IMG/VR virus record: IMGVR_UViG_3300043633_000063
Location: 1-48,912 of that record
Length of the DNA stretch: 48,912 bases
Origin: a virus
Taxonomy: Duplodnaviria > Caudoviricetes
Strand: one strand, 5' to 3'
Below, in pieces: positions 18,040-27,589 of this stretch. The notes under the pieces are model-generated. The model did no database searches, was not told the DNA's origin, and was given only the letters and a program-made list of their open reading frames with translations. The translations under genes and the position numbers were made by a program. Every line of letters starts with the position of its first letter. Position 1 is the stretch's first letter.

Positions 18040-19503
18040 TCAGGTGGGAGCCTCGAACCCTTGGAACGCCGCGAGCTCGGGGGCGTTGAGGCTATCGTTA
18101 AAGGGAATGATGTTGGGGCCGAGCTGGCCGTTGCTGGTGATCGGGTTGGAACCCGTGTCGGTATCCGTAGCACCGCCGATCAGTGCATTTCCGGCCGCTG
18201 CTCTGAGCGCAGCGGGCATCACCGCGCCGACGCCGTCGCCGTCCGAATAGGTGAGGGACTGCTGCACACCGTCGATGAAAATCGCGAGGCGCGCATCGCC
18301 CGTGAGCGAGCCGTCGAATTTCATGTAAATGCACGTCCAAACGCCCACGGTCAGGACGTTGGGGGTCACGCCCTTGCGCGCGTTGAAGTTGTCGGCGTAG
18401 ATGAACCCGGCGACCGTGGCGTTCAGCGCCATCACATGCGCGCGCCGGTTGCTGCCGCCGTTGACGCAGGAATAAATGGTTTGGATCGCGGGGAGGCTCG
18501 CGGGCTTGAACCAGAACAGCAGGCCCCATTTGCTCGTGCTGTTGTGCGTCGGCGAGACGGGCCATAGGTGCACGTCGCCCGGCGTGTCGAACACCATCGT
18601 CGGCAGGCCGTTGGCACTCGCGCCGACGGCCGCGCGCCGGTCGACGTCCGTTTGCACGACGGGGCTGCCCGCGTTCAGAATGTCGACGATCGAGGGAGTC
18701 CACTCGCCGCCGCTTTGGCTGCTCGCCGCGAGCCGCAGCCAGCCGGCCATTTTCGACGTCGCGACCGTGAGCGAGCCCGACAGTTGCAGGCTCGGCATCA
18801 CGAGCGTGCCTTGCAGGGCCATCGAGAACGAGCCCGACAGTTGCAGGCTCGGCATCGTCAACGTGCCGTCGAACGAGACGGTCAGCCTGCCCGACAGTTG
18901 CAGGCTCGGCATCACGAGCGTGCCGGCGAGCGAGACCGCCGGCGAGACGGCGCCGGCGAGCTGCAGCGAGGGCAGCGCGGGCGCGCCGGCGAGCAGGGGC
19001 AGCGGAGTCACCCCGCCCGCGAGCAGGCGCCCGGCGGGCACCTGGAGGGCGCCGGCGAGGGCGACCGCCGGCGCGATGGATCCGTCGAGGTCACGGCCGG
19101 GCAGGCCGAGCTCGACGGTGGCGAGGTGCATGATCGCGCGTTGGAACACCTCGAGCAGCAGCACGACGACGCCGATCGCGCGATCGGGCAGGACCTCGAT
19201 CACCTTGAACGTTGTGGGCAAGCCGTTGCTATCGAAGTAGGTAGCCAGCCACGGCTTGCGGCTGCCCTCGGCGACGGCCTCGGGCAGCACCGGCAACGCG
19301 CCGCGCGCGAACGCAACCGACGCCCGTTGGCCAGCGACCGCTTGACCCGTCTCCGGATCGATCGTCTGGCCAACGTCCGTCGTAAACCCGTTGACGAAAT
19401 AGAACACGCCGAGCGGCGAGATCAATGTCACGGGCCACGAGAACCCCGAGGTGTCCTCGAGGATCGCGCGGGCGTCTTGCTTGGCTTGCTCCCGTAGCCC
19501 CAT
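18040..19503 (-). CDS. Head-closure/FII-like protein fused to a repeat stalk and a LamG/ConA-like domain
   Basis: N-terminal ~120 aa (DVGQTIDPETG...FKVIEVLPD) follows the capsid gene; MPSLQLSG repeats; C-terminal LLFWFKP...GVWTCIY...AIFIDG. Confidence 0.6.
   Translation of the reverse strand: MGLREQAKQDARAILEDTSGFSWPVTLISPLGVFYFVNGFTTDVGQTIDPETGQAVAGQRASVAFARGALPVLPEAVAEGSRKPWLATYFDSNGLPTTFKVIEVLPDRAIGVVVLLLEVFQRAIMHLATVELGLPGRDLDGSIAPAVALAGALQVPAGRLLAGGVTPLPLLAGAPALPSLQLAGAVSPAVSLAGTLVMPSLQLSGRLTVSFDGTLTMPSLQLSGSFSMALQGTLVMPSLQLSGSLTVATSKMAGWLRLAASSQSGGEWTPSIVDILNAGSPVVQTDVDRRAAVGASANGLPTMVFDTPGDVHLWPVSPTHNSTSKWGLLFWFKPASLPAIQTIYSCVNGGSNRRAHVMALNATVAGFIYADNFNARKGVTPNVLTVGVWTCIYMKFDGSLTGDARLAIFIDGVQQSLTYSDGDGVGAVMPAALRAAAGNALIGGATDTDTGSNPITSNGQLGPNIIPFNDSLNAPELAAFQGFEAPT
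18775..18925. repeat. 57-bp-period tandem repeat, three copies (19-aa unit)
   Basis: GCCCGACAGTTGCAGGCTCGGCATC at 18775, 18832 and 18889. Confidence 0.9.
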
Positions 19504-19508
19504 TCAGC

Positions 19509-20585
19509 TCAGAAAACTGTGAGGCAGCCGAACGTATCGATCGCGGTCGGGATCGTGAGCGGGCGCGTGCCCGCCGATACCATCACGCGCTTGCCGTCTG
19601 GGGTTACCCATGCATTCGTGGTCAGATCGAGGCCTCGGCCCTCGCTCGAAATGCGCGGCGGCAGGAACGGCAGGGCGCGCGCATCGGGCGCGACGATCAG
19701 CGGGATCGCGCCGTACGTGAGATCGAGGCGGCCGTCGCCATTCATGATCACCTTGTTGTCGGCAATGAACGGGGTGAGCGTGCCCGTTTGAGGATGCGCG
19801 TAGAAACCGTCATAGCTCCACATCTCGAACGAGTAATGCCCGATCCACACCGAGCCTTGATAGGTCGCGCCCATGCCGCGCACCGCCGGCGCCGCCGTGA
19901 TCAGCGCGCCGCGGATCTGCAGCAGGCGAGACTTGACCTCGGCATTTTTCAGGAACCGCGCGAGCGCGGTCTGCCCGAACAGCAGCCGTTTCGGCTCCAT
20001 TTTGCCGTCGCGTCGGATCACGGTCGCGAGCGAGTCGCAATCCCCGAGCGGATCGCCCGTCAAGCCGTCGGCAGCCCATGCCGTCGTCGTGACGAAATGG
20101 CTGCTTTTGGGCGCGAAATCGATGGTGTAGACAACGGCGCCCGTCTTATCGAGCAGCGAAAGCTTGCCCGTTTGCAAGACTTGCGAGGCCTGGAGCTCGA
20201 TCGCGCGGCGGATCTTGTTCTCCAGCTTGCGGAAGATCGCGAACGATTGGCGTACCGCGTTGGCCCCGTAACTTGGGTTTTGGAACGGGTTTTGCCCCGG
20301 CTGCCGCTCGATCATTTCGAACGCGGTCACGGCGCCCTCCTCATCATAGATCGGGGGCGTCATTCGCTTGTTCGAGTAGAGCGAATTTTCGTTGTGGTTC
20401 GGCGGCAGGCTGAGATCCTTGATCACGATCGCGACGTTGTCCGTGTCGCGCTGGATATCGATCTCGACGTCTTGCGTGTTGTGGAAATTGCCAGGGGGCG
20501 ATCGAAAGAACCCCGAGAGGAACATCGGTGCCGACGATTCCTCGAGGTACATGTCGATCAGTTGAACTGTGCTGCGATCACTCAT
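19509..20585 (-). CDS. Major capsid protein, lambda gpE family
   Basis: FLSGFF...VEIDIQR; IRRAIELQASQVLQTG; TIDF; 358 aa downstream of the decoration gene. Confidence 0.9.
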   Translation of the reverse strand: MSDRSTVQLIDMYLEESSAPMFLSGFFRSPPGNFHNTQDVEIDIQRDTDNVAIVIKDLSLPPNHNENSLYSNKRMTPPIYDEEGAVTAFEMIERQPGQNPFQNPSYGANAVRQSFAIFRKLENKIRRAIELQASQVLQTGKLSLLDKTGAVVYTIDFAPKSSHFVTTTAWAADGLTGDPLGDCDSLATVIRRDGKMEPKRLLFGQTALARFLKNAEVKSRLLQIRGALITAAPAVRGMGATYQGSVWIGHYSFEMWSYDGFYAHPQTGTLTPFIADNKVIMNGDGRLDLTYGAIPLIVAPDARALPFLPPRISSEGRGLDLTTNAWVTPDGKRVMVSAGTRPLTIPTAIDTFGCLTVF

Positions 20586-20675
20586 GATGGGTTTGCTCGG
20601 GTGGGCGGGGGGTGGGAAGTCTTGCGGCGGTGTGAGCGAGGGCGCGCGCTCGGCGAGCAGCGCGCGCGCTCAGCT

Positions 20676-21335
20676 TCAGTTGTCGACCTTAGATTGTTGA
20701 TCCATCACGACCGGGATGATCGGGCGATCGAGCAGCGAGTCGAGGTCGTCGGCGGTCGCGGTCGTCGGCGGTGCGCCGTGCACCTTGAGCAGGCGGGAAT
20801 TGACCTTGCCCGCGCTCAGCACCGTAACGGCCGCGGTGCCCGCTGCGGTCGTGACCGCGATGGGATAGGTCAGCACGTACTTAGGCCGATTGACGTTGCC
20901 TTTGTGCCGCAAATAGAAGCGGAACGTTTGCGAGGCGGGATCGATTGGCGCACCGGTGAAGTTGCCGACGCGCACTTGCACCGTGCCATCGACCAGCACG
21001 CGCCCCTGCGGGTGCGAGACGCCGACGGGCCACGTGCCGAGCGGCTCGATCACGACCTCATCGCCGATGAGCGAGCCCGCGACAGTGACGGCTTGATCGG
21101 GCGCCGTCCCGTTCGTGACCGAGGAAATGTCGACGGTCACATCGACGACGCGGTTCGGCGAGCTCGCCGGCGCGTAGGGCACGAGCTCGCCCGTCGCGGG
21201 ATCGCGCGACAGTAGCGTGCCCTCGACGTAGCTCTGATCGCTGCCCGAGGCGTTGCGCAAGACGCCGTCGGTTTGATTCCACACCTCGAGCGCAACGCGC
21301 GAAAGGTCGATGTTGGTTGCTGTCAGATTAGGCAC
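20676..21335 (-). CDS. Head decoration protein (lambda gpD-like) with an inserted beta-sandwich domain
   Basis: EGTLLSRDPATGELVPY ... PKYVLTYPI ... GKVNSRLL, interrupted by about 90 aa (VTVAGSLIGD...TVQVRVGNFTGAPIDPASQTF). Confidence 0.7.
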   Translation of the reverse strand: MPNLTATNIDLSRVALEVWNQTDGVLRNASGSDQSYVEGTLLSRDPATGELVPYAPASSPNRVVDVTVDISSVTNGTAPDQAVTVAGSLIGDEVVIEPLGTWPVGVSHPQGRVLVDGTVQVRVGNFTGAPIDPASQTFRFYLRHKGNVNRPKYVLTYPIAVTTAAGTAAVTVLSAGKVNSRLLKVHGAPPTTATADDLDSLLDRPIIPVVMDQQSKVDN

Positions 21336-22491
21336 GAACGAATCCCCTATCTGCCTTGCCTTGCAGCACGGCCACGACCTGATCGCCCAGGTCGGAAGTG
21401 TTTGCGGGTGTTGCGGCGCCCACATTGGCGAGCTGGGCCTCCGCGGTGGTGCTCTCGGCTTGGCGCGCGCTGCGATCCTTGCGGTTCATGCCTACGGTAA
21501 GGTAGCGCGCGGTGAGCTCGGCGGTCATGCTCGCGCCCGAGCGAATGGCCTCGAGCGCGATGGCCATGTCGCCGCAGCCCTCGCCGAGTGTGAGGTGCCC
21601 GAGCACGCGATCGCGTTCCTGGGCGATGCCGCGTTGCAGAGCTGCGTCCAGCTCCGCGCGGTTTTCCGACTCCTGATTCTGCACTGGCATTGACGTTCCT
21701 TTGTTGGTGGGCACCGCGCGCGGTGCTGTGGTTGCGATATGGTCGATGAGGCCGAGGCGGTGGGCCTCGCCGGCCGTCATTGATGCGCCGCGGCCGTAGC
21801 CGTCGGCGACGTGCGAGAGCGAGACCCCGCGCCCTTGCGCGATCTGGCTCACGAATTCGTGATTGACCTGATCGAGGTACCGGACGATCACGGCCTTGCC
21901 CTCGGGCGTCGTCACGTCCGGGCGCTTGTCAGGGCTGTCCGTATTGGTCAGGGTCACGACATTGGAGGGCACGTACATCGAGACCGCGGTGCCGATGCTG
22001 CCGAACGTCGCGCCGCGGTGGCGGGCCTCGATCTTGCCCGTCGCCGCGGCGATGCCGTAGGCCGCCGATTGCGCGTTGTCGGCCTTCGTGCGCATTTCCT
22101 TGCCACCGAATTGCCGCACCTGGCCGATCGCGTCGAGCAGCTCGATCAAGCCCTCGGCGCTGCCGCCGGGGCTATCCACGCTGAAAACGATTTCCCCGAT
22201 GTCCGCCGAGTGCGCCGCGAACGCGAGGGCGTTGCGAATGCTCGAGTAGGTCGTGTTACCGCCGAGAAAGTACTTTGCCCAAAAGTCGGGCTTTTTGGTG
22301 AGCACGCCCTCGACGGCGATCGTGGCGGTGCTGCCGCTGACCGTGAGCGCCGGCGGCAGCCCGTCGCCGCGCTGCTCGACTGCGGCCGCGGCTTGCTCGG
22401 CTTCCCATCGCAGCAGCAGATCGGGATTTCGGAAATTTTCCTGCGCGTGCTGCAGCCGGCGCAGGGTGTCGGGTTCAAGCAACCAGAGCAT
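21328..22491 (-). CDS. Prohead protease, S49 family (lambda gpC-like) with C-terminal scaffold-like region
   Basis: VDSPGG; AQSAAYGIA; GSIG; GLIDHI; GIAQERDRV. Confidence 0.92.
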   Translation of the reverse strand: MLWLLEPDTLRRLQHAQENFRNPDLLLRWEAEQAAAAVEQRGDGLPPALTVSGSTATIAVEGVLTKKPDFWAKYFLGGNTTYSSIRNALAFAAHSADIGEIVFSVDSPGGSAEGLIELLDAIGQVRQFGGKEMRTKADNAQSAAYGIAAATGKIEARHRGATFGSIGTAVSMYVPSNVVTLTNTDSPDKRPDVTTPEGKAVIVRYLDQVNHEFVSQIAQGRGVSLSHVADGYGRGASMTAGEAHRLGLIDHIATTAPRAVPTNKGTSMPVQNQESENRAELDAALQRGIAQERDRVLGHLTLGEGCGDMAIALEAIRSGASMTAELTARYLTVGMNRKDRSARQAESTTAEAQLANVGAATPANTSDLGDQVVAVLQGKADRGFVRA

Positions 22492-24175
22492 CGTCCTCGG
22501 TCTCCATTTCTTTCGGTACGGGGGCGAGCGGCGCGCGCGCCGGCGCGGGCGCGCCCGCGGCCGCCGGCGGCGCCGGTTTGGTCAACGCCTCGAGCTCTTT
22601 GATCACTCTCATCGCGTCGGCGAGCTCGCGGTTCTCACGCGCCAGTTTCTTGACGTTTTTGCTGTATTTCGTGCCCGTCGTCTCGCGCGCGGCGCGGTCG
22701 CGCGTGATGAGCCCTTGCTCGATCAGCGCGGTGTAACCCGTCGCCTGTTTGGTGAGATCGACGCTTGGCTTGATCGCGCCGCTCCAGTCGGCGGAGAACC
22801 ACGCCGCGAGCCGATCGAACTTGCTCGGATCGCGCCACGCCTCGAGCAGCCCTTGCGCCGCGATGCGCCCGGCGAGCACCTCGCTGATCAGCCACTCGAT
22901 GTAAATGGGCTGGCAGAAATCATCGCCCCACCCGATGCGCACGGGGTTTAGGTAGAGCTTGAATTCGTTGATCGCCGCTTGCGACGCCGAGTAGTTGCTC
23001 GAGAACGAGAGCCGCAAAATCTCCGGCGGGATCTCGAAACACCAGGCCATCGCGCACACGATCGCCTCCTCGAACTCGGCGAATTTTTCGTCGGTTCCGT
23101 TCGAGGGGAACCCCTGCGGTTTCTCGCCGGGGGCGAGCTCATCGAGCACCGCGCCCGGGATCATCTCCGCGAAATTGAACGTCCGCCGGCTGCCCGTGGT
23201 CGGGCCTACGACGGCATCCTTCCCTTTGACGACGGCGCCGCCGGTGAGCGGGCGCGATCCGATCGTGTCCTGATCCTTCTGAATAAACATCGCGAGGATC
23301 GCATTGATTGCGGCCTTCCGTTGCACCGCGTCGCGGTAGCGGTCGATTTCCCGCAGCGATTGCAAGACGATCGAAAGCAGCGGCTCGCCGCGCACCTCAT
23401 CGAGCAGCTTTTCCGTCCCGTACACGAGCCAGGCTTGGCGCCGCCCGGACGGGCCAACGGCAGCCATCCGCTCGATGCGCGGCTGTCCCGAGCTCACGTA
23501 TTGGTCGCCGCTCGCCGTTTGCGAGACGAGCCAGTAGGCGACGTGGCGCCCGTCGGGATCGATTTCCACCCCGTGTTTGATCTGGTTGCCGGGGGCCATC
23601 TCGGGCCGTTCAAACATCGAGCCATAGGGGTTTTGGATGCGCGCGCCGTCGACTAGGCGCACGCGCGGCAGGCCCGTGGCGGGGTCCTGGAGCAGCACGA
23701 CGAGCACGTCGCCCGAGATCAGCGCCGCCATTTTCGCCGCGGCCTGGAGGCTGCCGAAACTCTTGGCGCCGCAGTAGTCACACAGAACCGGCGTGCGCTC
23801 CCACAAATGAAAGCGGTTCTCTACGAGCTCGCTCCAGGTGGCGAGGTCGTCCTCGCCGACACCGAGGATCGCGTCCTCGGGCGTCGCCTCGAGCGCGAGG
23901 CCTGAATTGATGATGTTGGTAACGAGCCGCCGGATGATGCCGCGCGCGTAGAGGTTCTGTTTGAAGAGCTGCGTCGAGCGCTTGCGCAACGTCCAGTAGT
24001 CCGCGGTGAGCAGCTCGGTGTAACCGAACCCGCCCGGGTATTTCTCGCCGTCGTGCCACTGCTGCCGCATCGGCGCCGGCGAGGTACCCATCAGCTCGAT
24101 CGGGATCGTCGGCGCCGAGGGCGACGGGCGGTAGAGCCAGCCGACGAAACGATTCAACCAAGGGTGATTTACCAT
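22475..24175 (-). CDS. Portal protein, lambda family
   Basis: LRKRSTQLFKQNLYARG; HGVEIDPDGRHVAYW; VRGEPLL; NYSASQAA. Confidence 0.95.
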   Translation of the reverse strand: MVNHPWLNRFVGWLYRPSPSAPTIPIELMGTSPAPMRQQWHDGEKYPGGFGYTELLTADYWTLRKRSTQLFKQNLYARGIIRRLVTNIINSGLALEATPEDAILGVGEDDLATWSELVENRFHLWERTPVLCDYCGAKSFGSLQAAAKMAALISGDVLVVLLQDPATGLPRVRLVDGARIQNPYGSMFERPEMAPGNQIKHGVEIDPDGRHVAYWLVSQTASGDQYVSSGQPRIERMAAVGPSGRRQAWLVYGTEKLLDEVRGEPLLSIVLQSLREIDRYRDAVQRKAAINAILAMFIQKDQDTIGSRPLTGGAVVKGKDAVVGPTTGSRRTFNFAEMIPGAVLDELAPGEKPQGFPSNGTDEKFAEFEEAIVCAMAWCFEIPPEILRLSFSSNYSASQAAINEFKLYLNPVRIGWGDDFCQPIYIEWLISEVLAGRIAAQGLLEAWRDPSKFDRLAAWFSADWSGAIKPSVDLTKQATGYTALIEQGLITRDRAARETTGTKYSKNVKKLARENRELADAMRVIKELEALTKPAPPAAAGAPAPARAPLAPVPKEMETEDDALVA

Positions 24176-24435
24176 CCGGGCCTCACTTGAAAGGTGCTGC
24201 AGCCGCCGAGGCGGTTTTGCAGCGTGGCGATCTCGGTCTCGAGGTGCGCGATCATGTTGCGCATTTCGGTGAGATTCGCCTTGGTCACGACTTGGCGCGT
24301 TTGCCCGGTGTCGAGGGAGTAGGTTTGCGCGCCGCCGGCGAGCGCGGTGATCGCATCATCGTAGGCCGCGAGCTGCTCTTTTTTCTTATCGAGGCGACCT
24401 TGCCAGAACGCGCGATCATCACAGCAATCGGTCAT
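24169..24435 (-). CDS. Head-tail joining protein, gpW-like
   Basis: GGAQTYSLDTGQTRQVVTKANLTEMR; lies between the terminase and portal genes. Confidence 0.75.
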   Translation of the reverse strand: MTDCCDDRAFWQGRLDKKKEQLAAYDDAITALAGGAQTYSLDTGQTRQVVTKANLTEMRNMIAHLETEIATLQNRLGGCSTFQVRPGW

Positions 24436-24593
24436 GGGCAACCTACTAGTTGGAGGAGCAGCAGCACGGCCGCGGCGAGCACGAACATCACGAGGCCGCC
24501 CACCGCGCCGGCGAGCACGAGCTCGCGGCGCCGGCGGCGCGCCGCGCACGACTTGCACTTGGGGTCAGTACAGAGCAGCTGCCCTCGATTCAG
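24432..24593 (-). CDS. Small membrane protein with Cys motif; probable CTG start
   Basis: CTDPKCKSC followed by a TM helix; CTGA overlap with the terminase stop, with GGAG 7 nt upstream of the CTG. Confidence 0.5.
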   Translation of the reverse strand: MNRGQLLCTDPKCKSCAARRRRRELVLAGAVGGLVMFVLAAAVLLLLQLVGCP

Positions 24594-26569
24594 AGCGCGC
24601 TCCAGAACGCTTGCCAGTCGATCTGCTCGAGCTGCATTTGCTGGATACACACGTCGTAAGCGACGATGTCCAAGGCAACGTTGTTGTAGATGAGCAGATC
24701 CCAGAGCTCGTTATTCGCGCCGCTCGGGCGGTGCCACTCGAAACCGAGGCGCCGATTCGTCGCTTTGTCGATCTTCTCTCGGCGGGTCTCTACGGTCAGC
24801 TCTTTGAGCTGCTCGTCGGTCGCGTCGATCGGCGCGTTGAAATAGCCCTCGGGCTGTACGCCGAGGCCATCCCATTGCCGACGCAAGGCGCCGCCCCACC
24901 GATCTTTGTACATGTCGACCGATGCCGCCCAGGCGAGCTGCCCGCCCTCGGTCGTATACTTCCAAAATTCCTTGATCGGCGCGTTGCGCGGCGGCGACTC
25001 GCGCCCGCGCACGGGATAGACGCCCGACTCGTAGCGCTCGCAAAAGCGGTAGACGGTGTCCGTCAAGTAGCCGCAATCGATGAGGGACATCTGTACGCGG
25101 TAGGACGCGCCGTCGTCGGCTTTGTATTCCGTCGACTCGATCACTTCGCGCAGCCTGCCCCACGTCGCGGGGTTGTCGAGCTGCTCGGTGTCGCCCTGAA
25201 AGCGCCAGTAATTCAGCAGCACGGCGCGCCGCCCGCGGCACCATCCGATCACGGCCACCGCGAGATTGTCGATGTGAACGTCGACCGCGAGGGTAGCGAT
25301 GAGCAGGTTCGAGCCGCACGCCTCGAGCAGCCAACGATTCGGCACCTCGCCGTAGTGGTAGGCGTGCCGGCGGTGCGCGCTCACCATTTCAAATCGCAGC
25401 TTGACCCCGCGCGCCTCGAACGGCTCGCCCAGCACGTTGTTATAGAACACCTGTAGCGCGAGGTTGTCGCGCGGTCGGTTGTTCTCGACGTCCCACGCCT
25501 CGCACCATTTGACGACGCAGGCATCCCACGATTGCATGCCGACGGGCGAGTAGAGCGCGCTCAGATGGTAGCTGCGGTGATGCGCGGTCGACGGCGTCGC
25601 GGTCGGCCGCCACTCGGCGTTGCCATCGGCAAACAGCCGCGTTTTATCGTTGTTCTCGTGCGCGTGCCCGCACTGCTCACAGACATAGCGCGCCGTGCCC
25701 TCGACGGGGCGACCCTCGCTCATTTGCCAAGTGATGCCCGTGACGACGCCCGTCTCGGGGTTCGTTCGGCTCCAGCGCAACACCTGCGGGTGTTTGCACT
25801 CGAGGCAGCGCACGAAATACCGGCGCTGATCGCCCTGCTCGAACAAGCGCGCGATCTTGCTGCTGCCCTTGATCAAGGGCGTCGAGCAGTCGAAAATCTT
25901 GCGCGTCGCCTCGTAGCTCGCGGTGCGGTCCTCGGAAAGCTGGACGGGATCGCCGTCGTTGCCGACCTTGTCGGGCCAGCCGTCGACCTCATCGCGCAAG
26001 AGCACTTGAATCGGCATCGAGCGCAGCTTGTTCGCGTTGACCGCGCCGAACGGCACGAGAAAGCCGCCCCCCTCCCATTCGTATTTCTTATCCGTCCTGC
26101 CCGTCTTGCGCGGGTTCTGCTCATCGAGGCTTTGGATCAAGTGATCGAGCCCCGAGTGTTTGAGCATCGGCACGATGTACGACTCGATCCGCAGCTTCGC
26201 GAGCTCGGCGTCGGCCGTAACCAGCATCATCGGCGCGGTTTTGACTTGGTCGATGTAGTAGCCGATCGCGTTCTCGAGGACCGTGGTCGCGCCGACCTGA
26301 ACCCCCTTCATGATCGTCACGTGCCGCACGGGGCTCTCGGGCGAGAGCGCATCGATCACCTCGCGCCAGTAGGGCGAGACATCAAAGCGGTAGTAGCCCG
26401 GGATCGAGGTCGCCGACGCGGGCAGGTAGCGCTTGCGCTCCGACCACTCCGACGGCAGCAGCTCGCGCGTTTCGGTCGTGAGCATCGAGCAGCGCCGGCG
26501 CAGAAACGCGGTGTCGCTCCGCCACTGCTGCGCGTCCATTTCCCGGTGGAAACTCTCGACGTGCATCAT
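24590..26569 (-). CDS. Terminase large subunit, GpA family
   Basis: SPYWREVID; MKGVQVGAT (Walker A); LLRDEVDG (Walker B); STP; GDQRRYFVRC; NELWDLLIY. Confidence 0.97.
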   Translation of the reverse strand: MMHVESFHREMDAQQWRSDTAFLRRRCSMLTTETRELLPSEWSERKRYLPASATSIPGYYRFDVSPYWREVIDALSPESPVRHVTIMKGVQVGATTVLENAIGYYIDQVKTAPMMLVTADAELAKLRIESYIVPMLKHSGLDHLIQSLDEQNPRKTGRTDKKYEWEGGGFLVPFGAVNANKLRSMPIQVLLRDEVDGWPDKVGNDGDPVQLSEDRTASYEATRKIFDCSTPLIKGSSKIARLFEQGDQRRYFVRCLECKHPQVLRWSRTNPETGVVTGITWQMSEGRPVEGTARYVCEQCGHAHENNDKTRLFADGNAEWRPTATPSTAHHRSYHLSALYSPVGMQSWDACVVKWCEAWDVENNRPRDNLALQVFYNNVLGEPFEARGVKLRFEMVSAHRRHAYHYGEVPNRWLLEACGSNLLIATLAVDVHIDNLAVAVIGWCRGRRAVLLNYWRFQGDTEQLDNPATWGRLREVIESTEYKADDGASYRVQMSLIDCGYLTDTVYRFCERYESGVYPVRGRESPPRNAPIKEFWKYTTEGGQLAWAASVDMYKDRWGGALRRQWDGLGVQPEGYFNAPIDATDEQLKELTVETRREKIDKATNRRLGFEWHRPSGANNELWDLLIYNNVALDIVAYDVCIQQMQLEQIDWQAFWSAL

Positions 26570-27441
26570 TCCGCGGCCTCGGCGAGCGGGGCCATCGGAT
26601 CGTCATTCGCGAGCGACTGATCGAACTTGGTTTGGCACGCGACCAAGTGTTGGCTCATCACATCGCGGATGAGCGCGGCGACGGTGGCGACGTCCTGCGG
26701 CGCGATGCGGGTGGCGATCGCGCGCGGCGCATCGGACAGCAGCATCCGAAACGAAGTGTCGAGGTGCTCGAACATGCGCACGACGGTCGTGCGCGCGATG
26801 AGCCTGCCCTCGAGGCGCTCGCGTAGCATCTGCGCCTTGCGCGCCTCCTCGAGCGCTTTGCGCGCGCGGATCCAGGGCTCGAACTCGCGGGCGTCGCCGT
26901 AGCGTTCGGTGAGCACCGTGAGCGGCTGCGCGAGCGCGGCGAGGTCCGTCCATTTGCGCGGCCCGAGCTCGGCCTCGAGGTCCTCGATTGATTGCTCCGC
27001 CTCGTGCTCGTCGTCGTCGACACCGATGGGAGCGACCTCGGGCAGCTCGATGGGCGCCGGCGCCGGCGGTGGCTTGCGACGGCGCGAAGTACTCCGCCTC
27101 GCCGGCGCCGGTTCCGGCGGTGCCGCGTCGAGCGAAACGCGGCGCGAAGTACTCCGCGCCGGGCGCGCGGCAGCCGGCGGGTGATCGTCGAGCTGCTCGG
27201 GTGTTGCACGGCGCGGTGTTGCAGCGTCGGCCTGGCCGAGCGAGCTCGCCCGTTCGGTGAGCCAGCGCTGCGCGACCTCGTGCAAAACGTTGACCGAGTT
27301 GCCCTCGCACGCCGGCGCGAGGCGCCCACCGTCGCGGCAGGCCTTGGTCACCGCGGCGCGGCTGATGCCGAGCTTGCGGGCCATCTCCGCTCGCGTGATG
27401 AGCGAGCGCGGCCGCTGCGGCGCGGCGCGCTTAGCGGCCAT
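26566..27441 (-). CDS. Terminase small subunit (Nu1-like; N-terminal HTH)
   Basis: ITRAEMARKLGISRAAVTKA; helical C-terminus LEGRLI...LLSDAPRAIA; directly upstream of GpA. Confidence 0.75.
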   Translation of the reverse strand: MAAKRAAPQRPRSLITRAEMARKLGISRAAVTKACRDGGRLAPACEGNSVNVLHEVAQRWLTERASSLGQADAATPRRATPEQLDDHPPAAARPARSTSRRVSLDAAPPEPAPARRSTSRRRKPPPAPAPIELPEVAPIGVDDDEHEAEQSIEDLEAELGPRKWTDLAALAQPLTVLTERYGDAREFEPWIRARKALEEARKAQMLRERLEGRLIARTTVVRMFEHLDTSFRMLLSDAPRAIATRIAPQDVATVAALIRDVMSQHLVACQTKFDQSLANDDPMAPLAEAAE

Positions 27442-27577
27442 GGCCCCCGGCGCGAGTGAGCATCAGCGCGCCGCAGCTCGGGCAGCGGTCGGGCGCAGCG
27501 ATCGAGGTGAGCGGACTGCCGCAGCGCAGGCACCGATCGACCGCGGCCGCGGCGCGGCGCGTGCCGGAGTGTGCCAC
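27431..27577 (-). CDS. Small zinc-ribbon protein
   Basis: CLRCG...CPSCG. Confidence 0.45.
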   Translation of the reverse strand: MAHSGTRRAAAAVDRCLRCGSPLTSIAAPDRCPSCGALMLTRAGGHGR

Positions 27578-27589
27578 GTGCCGCGCGGC

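Noticed and set aside
10753-21215. Long plus-strand ORFs (e.g. 10753-12513, 15149-16507, 19425-21215)
   Set aside because: These are antisense shadows of structural genes, expected at this GC content
27080-27160. CGGCGCGAAGTACTCCGC duplication in the small terminase gene
   Set aside because: Two copies in a low-complexity linker, with no evidence of function
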